NCBI GenBank assembly: GCA_040285825.1 | Contig: JAUPSS010000004.1 | Span: 3,390,550 to 3,454,549, forward strand | Direction of reading: 5' to 3' | Source of the DNA: Eukaryota sp. TZLM1-RC | Lineage: Eukaryota > Protista > Metamonada: BaSk clade | Length of the DNA: 64,000 nt | Shown here: piece by piece, positions 55,715 to 64,000 of the stretch | Position numbering within the stretch: the first letter of the stretch is position 1 | How the letters are laid out: each line of letters begins with the position of its first letter | Notes under the pieces: generated by a model | Told to the model about the DNA's origin: nothing | The model's input: the letters and a program-made list of their open reading frames with translations, nothing else | The model's database searches: none | Position numbers and translations under genes: made by a program

Positions 55715-58699
55715 ATTAATATGTTTTTTCATAATTTAGTTTCAAATTATTCTCAAAATTGGTAAATATTACTGGGGCCATATACTCAGCTAGTCTACTG
55801 AATCCATCAGTTGGAATTCGTGGAAAAAACTCAGGCCTATATCTCAAATGGTCTACATAACTCAATGTTTTGTTCAACTTTTGTTGTTCAAAGGTAGTCG
55901 ATAATCAATAATCTCCTTAACCATAAACAAAGTCTTCAAAATCCTGTGAAAATGTACTTTTTGGTTTCACCATTTTTTGCCCAAAATACTCAGCTAAAAT
56001 ATAACGAATTCTGGCCATTAATGATTCATATAATTGAGCAAATATTCGTTGTGGTATAAAACTACGTAAAAAACAAGACTGTAAATACAGCTTCAAGCAA
56101 AAAGTGGTGTGAATACGTAATTGTTGAAATTTTGAAGCAGTTTCTCTCAATTTCAGTATCACATTTGAATGTTTAACCATTGAGTTGACGGTGGCTCGAA
56201 TGGTTTTATAAGATGATAAAATAAATTTGTCTTTCTGACACAACACGAAAAGTTTCAGACAAAGGATACAATCATGAAGCCCGTATTGAATCGAATTTTG
56301 TATCAGAGAAGAAGTAGCTAAACAATCAATTGGCAAAATGTGGGAAAAATCCTGATGAAGTTTGATTTTCTTTTCATTTATTATTTTATTTTCCAGATTG
56401 CCTAATCCATTTCCGTAGGATATTTCAATAAGTTTTTGGGTAAAACCAAAGTATCTAAAAGAAAAAAGCCATTTTCCCTGATGACAATTTTTCTCCATCT
56501 CGGTGAAAGTTGATTGAGTACATCAATTGCTGCATCATCTCGAACAGTGGGAAATGGTAAATCAAAATTATTTAATCTATTTTTTAAAACCTGTAAATCA
56601 AACTACATCAAATTATGATTAAAAAACAATGGAGTTGATGAATACCAACAATATTTAAGAACCTACGAAGCAAGGTTTTTTGTCAGAAAATATTTCTGCC
56701 TGAACATCCATATCAATGTCAGGTAATCTGCTAACTTGAGGACTCATTCTCAACATAAGTGAATATTTACTCTCCAAAAAGAAATTATGGCGGTCGAACT
56801 TTCAAATAACAATCGAAATTAAAAATACTTTTTGATCTGAATCCACTCATCCATTTGCACCCTCTTTTTTCTTTTTGTTGATAATCTCGTCAGGAGAAAG
56901 AAATTGGACATCATGATTTTTGTAACAATGACCATCCTGATAGGTTTCAAGATCAAGCACATAACAATGGGAAGATCTTGATTTGGGGTCATTGATTTCA
57001 ACATAATCAATGGATTAGGCTTGAAGCCACTAATACTTGGCTCAATTTTTCTGACCATACTCGGTTTCAATGGTTTTTTTGTCAAAATCTTCCTGTTCTC
57101 GATATTCAACATTGTATTTTCAATTCAAGTTTCTCGGTTCAGTGCTTTTTGTTGTTTTTTCCGCTTACGCTTTGATGTTTGTTGGTCCAAAATCGCTTTT
57201 CTAATATTTTGATGGAGGAGTTGATTAAAAATTGGCACTGCTCTTTCTGGGACCTGGATTTGCTTTAACATTCTCATCCATTGTTAAATCGACACTAAAT
57301 GGGTTTGTTGATACAATATTTTGGCAGCTTCTGGATTGAGAACATAGACTATAAACATAATAATCAGACTCAACACTATTAAAATAACATTTTAAGACAC
57401 AACATCCCATATCTAAAGTGCTAGTATCTAAACCACAAAAATCAACAAAATCAAAGACATCAAAATAACAATTCAAAACATAGATGGAAAATACAAATAC
57501 TTGTATTCTTCCGCATTTTGTATTTGTATTTGTATTAATAATAATACAAACCGGCTATTTGTATTTTTCTTCTTATGGGTCATTCTTCGTCTACGGTCCT
57601 GAATCCTTCTCGTCTTTCTAAATTTCGACGTAACAATGTTCAGTCCCACAATCCTCTCTGGAACATGTGCTTTATCAAAAACAAACAAAACTCTATTAAC
57701 ATGCATATTTTATGTGGCGGATGTGGTCAGGCATTTCCCAAAGCTAATGCAACTCGGAAAGAAGCACAATGTTGGAGCAACTGAAAAATCTGGTATTTCA
57801 GGTGTAGAATAATTTGTTTTGTTATTGAATGGTGTTTGTTAGAATACGGGTGCTATTGACTCGGAGTATCAGTCAATTAAATAAAAATACATAAAATGGT
57901 GACGTGTTCTGTCTCTGTATTTGGTGTATTTGTATTTGTATTAATACAAGGGCAAGGTGGTGTATTACCCATCTATGACTCAAAACAAAACACAAAGAAG
58001 AACATCCCATATCCCAGGATGATTATCACTATGGCTAATTCAATAGCACCCATATCATGACCCACATGAAGACTGAAAAAAGTGTAATACTCTACCCCCA
58101 CGGAAGGATCAGAACGACGATTCCGATAAAAAATCGAGACACTGACCTTCCGTTTATTCCTGTAAAGCAGGATTACTGTTCCTGACTGAGGAGTTCGGGA
58201 GGAAGTACTCTGCTGTTCTATGAAGAACAGGTGGAAGGAGGAGGTGGGAACCCTTGCCCGTAACCTCGTTATCCTTTTTCTCGTTTCGCTGCATGATGTT
58301 AGAAGAATGGGAAGAGTCGAGATAATCTCGCTGTCTAACACGATGTCTGACATGCTGGTTGCAATTTCAAATTGATTGCTAATTTCTACAATGGTATCAA
58401 ATGCCTATCCACTGTATCTCTATTAGTGGTCATCAACATCAGCTCGATTTATCCTCTAGCTGTTCTGGTCGTTGTTACTCCATCTTAACTCTATGTTTTC
58501 TTCCAGTTTCCTTCTCCTTCCTTTACCCCTTGTCCTCTTCCCATTCAGCAATCTCAACAATTCTCCTTAGTCTCTCCCTCTCTGTTTCGACGGGACCTAA
58601 ACAATAGCTTGATTCCTTACTGTCTACTCTGTCCACAATTCTAACTCAATACAGTCTTCTTCATGAGTTCAACTCCACCCTCACCTCTTCTTTTGTCCT
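55715..58699 (-). mobile_element. Fanzor element copy B (5' part: leader, degenerate 2A, DEDDy exonuclease, start of Fanzor)
   Basis: Collinear with 25630-28136; DLTMDENVKANPGP, DLETYQ, YGLHD. Confidence 0.85.
57479..57977. mobile_element. hAT-type MITE (16-bp imperfect TIR, 8-bp TSD)
   Basis: CATAGATGGAAAATAC ... GTATTACCCATCTATG; TSD ATTCAAAA (57471-57478) / ACTCAAAA (57978-57985); TATTTG subterminal repeats; absent at the equivalent site of copy A. Confidence 0.88.
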
Positions 58700-58839
58700 G
58701 GTGGAAGTAGAATTGTGGTGTTATCAAAACCTGAGAATTTCACGACCGATTTCATTCAAATTCACGACCAATGAATTTGAGAACATGGATGTCATTCATT
58801 GTTAATTGAGAATTAATTCCATTTTCATTTTTTTTATTT

Positions 58840-59400
58840 TTAACATGGCAATAAACACAAGAATCTATTGTATTAAGGAGCCTTTGCTTAGAGAAACACT
58901 GTCATTGAAAAATTTTGATGCTGATGATAGAGGTGATATTTACTGTGATTGGACTGATCAAATTGTTAAGATTTGGTCTTTTAAACATGGTGGTGAACAA
59001 AAACATGCTTCCCAATCTCCTCTCTCAACAACAGCAATGTTGGAAGCTTAAAATGATAGAAACATGGTCGAATAATAACACTCTATATAAAATCACAAAG
59101 CCCTTCTACAACGTCTCAATGGAGCAAGATGTAGAAACAACAAACCTGCCCCAATTGTTATTTCGATTGTTGGTACCTTTGGAACTGAAGGTCTCAATTT
59201 TTTAGATGATTTAGGAAATCTTCTCAAAGAAAGTGGTCGCACATTCGATTTTAATTTGGAAGAACAGAATTGTTTTTCGTTATTGAAAGCTCTTCCTCGT
59301 TATATTAACTCCATTTTGATTAATATTACGGAGTTTTATAACAAGCAAGTTGCTATGCAAGTGCATAGCGAAAATCTTCCGTCATTTAATTGATGGGGTT
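58840..59400 (+). mobile_element. Degenerate CRE-like fragment
   Basis: CIKEPLLRETLSLKNFDADDRGDIYCDW, close to family C; degenerate RLE C-terminus follows. Confidence 0.7.
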
Positions 59401-59480
59401 TGAGTAGGTAAAAGCATTAGTTAAGGTTTTTGGTTGAGGTTTAAAATGTTTCTGCTTTTGAAATAAATCTTTTTAATTCA

Positions 59481-60165
59481 ATGTGTATTTGTAACAAAAA
59501 ACCTACTGCCAATTTCCGTCATATTGTGAGTTGTAAGAAATTTCTCCAATATAGGTCAGTTCTTCATAATGCCGTTCGTGATGTGACATATGAGATGTTC
59601 AAGTGTTACAATTTTAGTTGCAAAGTAGAACCTTTGTTGAAGCATTATAGCGATGATAATCTATTTAATTCACGTCGAGGTGATTTAATTGCTCCTTTTG
59701 TGGATTCCTCCCAAGTTGTTGTAGATTTCACTACAGTTGATCCCTTTGCTTTTGTTTATCGCGATGATGTTTTACTTAGTACTAATGGTCATTTAAACAA
59801 GGCTGAAGATCGTAAGAGAGATAAATATACTGAGATATTAAATGATTTAAATTTCAATAAGAATCTTTACTCGAAGTTTTCGTTTGTTTATTTTGCCTTT
59901 TCGATTTTTGGCAACATTGAACAATCCGCCTTGAATTTCATCAATGATTTTGGTAATTTATGTCGTTCAAGTGGTAAGAATTTTGCAGAGAATTTATGGA
60001 AGAATCGTATCATTTTCGCTTTGTACAGAAGTGTTCCCAAGTACTTGAGTTTAATGATATCCAAACTTTATAAGGATTCATCAAGAGATGGCGTGGAGAA
60101 TTTAGTTTCTTATGTGTTTTAGTTTGTTTTGTTTTTATTTGATTCTTCGTAATAAATAAACATTT
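59481..60165 (+). mobile_element. CRE-like retrotransposon 3' fragment (family E)
   Basis: CICN..HIVSC..HN, VEP, RRGDL, VDFT, KRDKY, then AATAAA. Confidence 0.85.
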
Positions 60166-60739
60166 TTGAAATTTTTAATTCAATATTTAATTTAATTTTT
60201 AATTTTTGTTTCAATATCTTCTCTACAATTACAGCAGCTTATCGTTTCTTTCATTTTTAAATTTTTAATACAAGAAGAATACCAGGGAGAATGAAATAAG
60301 TATTGATGATTTTTGCGTGGATTTACCGAAGATTGTCAAATTGTTACGTCCCATTACTAGTCCATTTTTGTTTGAGTTATTTTCTTGAAGGATTGCCACC
60401 CCAAATCTGGACCAAACGTTTCCGTCAATCAATGCAGGAGATTTCAGGACATTTCTTTTTTTAATTCAATCATTTTAATTTGCGGTTTTGTGTATATCAA
60501 CTCTAGCAAAAATTGTGGAAAATTTTCGAAAGCTCAGATATTAATGTTAGACTTGACTTGTCTGGGAAAAAGTGAAGCTTTTGTAGTTCTTTTACATGAT
60601 ATGTGTAAATTTTTGGCACTTTGGTAACTGATACAGCATGAGTTTTGAATATGAAACTTAGTTCCATTATTTGATCTGTTGATCTCTTCCAATGTCATAC
60701 ATAAATATAGTCGTAAAATCACAATTTCTCATTGGTTGA

Positions 60740-61150
60740 ATTGTTAACATTTTATTACTTTTAGAAGCAAGGTTCATGATGCTGTAAGAGACCAATTATA
60801 TTTTTTGCTCAAGTCTCATAGAATTGAATCCTTTTTGAAACCTTTTGTCCAATTTGTTTGAAGTTGAAGATGTTTTTCATAAAAATAATAGAGGTGATGT
60901 TATTTTGGTTGGATTAGTTATAACCTTTGTGGTAGTGATGATGATGTCTGTTGATCTCTGCGTAAAGTCTGTAATGATAGATTAGCTAATTCTCAAAATT
61001 GTAATCCACTTTCCATTGTTGAAAATTGTAAATTCAAACAATATAACGAACATATATCCAAGTTGTCTGCCTGACTGCATGCAAAATACAGTTTGTATCC
61101 TTTTGTGTTTTTTCTACTTGCTTCAATTGTTCCCACTGTCCTACATTTCA
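60740..61150 (+). mobile_element. Degenerate CRE-like fragment (family B)
   Basis: HFITFRSKVHDAVRDQLY..IESFL..NNRGDV, with frameshifts. Confidence 0.75.
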
Positions 61151-61280
61151 TGCGACATTTCAGCTGTTGATAAGTCAATGAATTAATATATTCATTGAAA
61201 ACAATATCAGCTCATCCTGTTGGTTCAATGTTCCATCTTCTTCCATAGGGAGTCCTCTCAATCGGTGTCGATCAAAAACA

Positions 61281-61352
61281 TGGGACCACGAGGAATCGAA
61301 CCACGATCTTGCAGCTCTGGAGGCTGATGCCCTACCATTGGACCATGATCCC
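61281..61352 (-). tRNA. trnW: tRNA-Trp (CCA)
   Basis: 72-nt cloverleaf GGGATCA-TG-GTCC-AATGGTA-GGGC-A-TCAGC-CTCCAGA-GCTGC-AAGAT-CGTGG-TTCGATT-CCTCG-TGGTCCC-A; TTTTT terminator 2 nt downstream; mismatches at 27:43 and 51:63. Confidence 0.85.
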
Positions 61353-61510
61353 ATTTGGGTTGCGATGTAGGTCCACATTAGAGACAATCAGCAATCGGTT
61401 GTTTTTATAGTTACTGAACTTCTACACTTAACAATATAAAATCATATCTAATGGGAGAAAATTCATTGAACAAAGATTTCCTCTACAAAAACTTGATCTA
61501 CCTGCTGTCT

Positions 61511-62385
61511 TTTTTTTGTATTTTTAATTTTATTAAAAACCTATAAATCAACATCTAAATATTCCATCTCTCCCAAAACAAAAACAGTAGATGCAAATCT
61601 CTCATAGTGAGATCCAAGAGAAAGCATAGCATCAGAAACCATCTTCAACATCCCCTTAAAAATAGAAAACACAATTCTATTTTGCCAAAACAATCTGTTG
61701 AAATTTCTGTGAGTTCTTCTCTTTACAATCATTTTGAAATCTTCCAAAAAACGTATAGCCGTTGAAGCAAGTGAACCAAAAAAATACAAATGGATGCAAA
61801 TTGTATTTTGCATGCTGTTGACTGGCCAATTTGTACAAAGGTTCATGGTATTTTTTGATTTTGAAATTTTCCGAATTTGAAAGAGGATTATGAATTTCAG
61901 AATTAACAAGCCTTTCATTTGAGGCATTACAAGGATCAACAGACATTACATCCAATAAAATGAAGCTTCAATCTAATCCAGGTAATATTACATCACCTCT
62001 ATTATTCTTACGAAAATCATCTTCAGTATCAAACAGATTTGACAACAGAGGTTCCAAAAAGGATTCAATTCTATGAGACTTACACATACAAAATAATTGG
62101 TCTCTTACAGCATCGTGATCCTTGCTTCTAAAAATAAGAAAATGTTTACAATTTAACAAATGAGTAATTGTAATTTTTCGAGAACATTTACAAATTAAAT
62201 TATGAGGTAAATTATCAGACCAGATAAAGGACCGAAATCTCATATTCAAAGTCCAAGCAGAATCAGTTAAGAGAGTACCATAAACTTGAGGAATTGTTGT
62301 TACTAAGGCAGAAAAAGTTCTATCACACATATCTTGTAAAAGATTTGCAAAAGCGGGATTCTTTTTCTTGGCCAAGCCAAGTCTT
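61511..62385 (-). mobile_element. CRE-like retrotransposon 3' fragment (family B) with poly(A)
   Basis: High similarity to 30790-31445; ends DVDL then A-tract. Confidence 0.85.
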
Positions 62386-62519
62386 CATCAAACTCCAAGC
62401 TTCCAAAATTTTTTGACAATTTTTGTTGAAAAGTTTTTTTACAGCAAAACTGCAAATTAAAAAAAGATCGGTTTGGAATTTCTTGAATTGAGTGGGGAAA
62501 ACATTTTGTCCAAATTTGT

Positions 62520-63295
62520 GGTAACTTGCTGTCTCGCTAAAGTTTCTCTAATTCGATTGAAAAACCGAGGTAATCTTTTACTTATGGTAATTTGAATTTG
62601 AGAGCACCATAAAAAAACATCAAATCTTTTCTTTGTTTTTTCATGAACAATTTTTTGGAACTGATTCAAAAAGGTTCTTGCTTCTACTAATAGTCTTGTG
62701 TTTATCGAAGATAGAAAAGCAATAAAACTGTTCAATTTCTATAAGCATTAGCTTCTTCGATACCTTTGTCATATTTTCTATGTTTTTCTTTAGATCTAAA
62801 TTCGAGAGCATCAACAGGATTAAGGTTCTTTCTTTGAACCAAAGAGTCATTTGCAACATAACAGGAGTCAAAGCCAACAACAGCTTCAGAGTTCTCCGAT
62901 AAGTTATCAATTTCGAACAATTAAGAGCATGGTGTAAGTTGAGCTGTGGTGAATTCGAACAAATACATTTTTCTTTTAATGATAATTGGTTAATTGGAAT
63001 ATTCAAATATAATTTCATTTGTGTTACTAACGCTTAATTGTCAGCACACAGTCCAAATCTTCCTGATACAATAGTCACAAACAGTGAAGAATCTGATGAC
63101 TGATTTTCACAAACACCATTTACCAATAACAATGAATGAAGATCTTGATTTAAAACAGCCGAGCTGCGTATACTTTCATAAAGATCATTTTCATACATTC
63201 CAGTCAGTCGCTATTGTCATGTTTGAAGAGCGTATTTTAATTTTGTATAATTCTTTTCGGGTCATATTGCCATTGAGTGATTGGGGAAAGCAACA
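62520..63295 (-). mobile_element. Degenerate CRE-like fragment (family C)
   Basis: Collinear with 20410-21335 (KEKCICSNSPQL, KHRKYDK). Confidence 0.85.
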
Positions 63296-64000
63296 TTCTG
63301 ATACGCAACACTAGATGAATTTTCAAACATCATTTCTTTAAATTGTTTCTTTCACACTTTTTAACATTTTATTAGATTTTGTGTAAGTTTCAAGAAGATA
63401 CCCAATTATTTGAGAATGTCCATTCCTTCATTTAATGCAAAAAATTGGTTGTTTTGCTTACCGATAGTCTTTTGGAATTTGTTTAACAACAAAACGGATT
63501 TTTTAAAGCAGAGCATTTTCTGATCAATGGTTTTAAACAAATGTAGCAAATGCGAAATTTTAATTACCACAAGAATTGCCTATGGGTTAATAATGATTTT
63601 GACGTTAACACAAAGCATGACCTGGTTGGACGTCATACATCATCTACTTAACAATATTGAATTTTGCAGATACTTGTCACAGTATTTCAACATTTTTGGC
63701 GAAGTAAATCAAAACAAAAGTTGTTGAAACCAAAAAAATTTCTATACTATAATGTGTTTGTAAAATTTTTGAGAATTTTGCCTTTTTGTGCCAAAGTTTT
63801 TTGGCCTCAAGTTTTTGCCGCCATAAAATATTGCTACCATAAAACAACTATGTCAAGTCCTGTTTCTGAACACCAACACCGTAAGCGCAGAGTTACTCTC
63901 TTTGACCGTTTTCAACCAGTAACAAAACAATTTTTTTATTCAATTGCAAAAAATTTATTACTTATCGTTGGACTATGCATGATGCTGTCAGAGATCTAAT

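Noticed and set aside
63850-63999. Possible gene start at the window edge (MSSPVSEH...)
   Set aside because: Too short to assign; may continue through an intron beyond the window

Overview
AT-rich, gene-dense eukaryotic window, probably from a flagellated protist (inferred from 27-32 nt GT-AG introns and a CFAP52-like gene). Host genes: two inverted core-histone clusters plus an extra H4, PP1, a DHHC palmitoyltransferase, a choline/ethanolamine phosphotransferase, TFIIE-beta, a CFAP52-like WD40 protein, a CCDC112-like protein, an alpha/beta hydrolase, an ankyrin protein, an Hsp70-like/SEL1 fusion, a large TmcB-like membrane protein and tRNA-Trp(CCA). Between them lie nested transposon graveyards: many 5'-truncated CRE-like RT/RLE retrotransposons and hAT remnants. 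The main finding is a ~4.3 kb element present in four decayed copies (A 19445-28136, B 55715-58699, C 52078-54471, D 6090-7139, all minus strand). The copies' lesions are complementary and reconstruct one long ORF: ~200-aa Cys-rich leader, 2A/StopGo peptide (DLTMDGDVEANPGP), PolB-type DEDDy 3'-5' exonuclease domain, then a Fanzor1 (eukaryotic TnpB) nuclease with Asn in place of the RuvC-III Asp. A short hairpin-rich 3' tail follows (candidate omega-RNA). All three preserved 3' ends lie 15-56 nt upstream of a co-oriented host start codon. Also notable: a divergent but structurally conserved 3' stem-loop on all nine histone genes, and a tRNA-Trp with a 4-bp anticodon stem. All family assignments come from motif recognition by eye; no searches were run.
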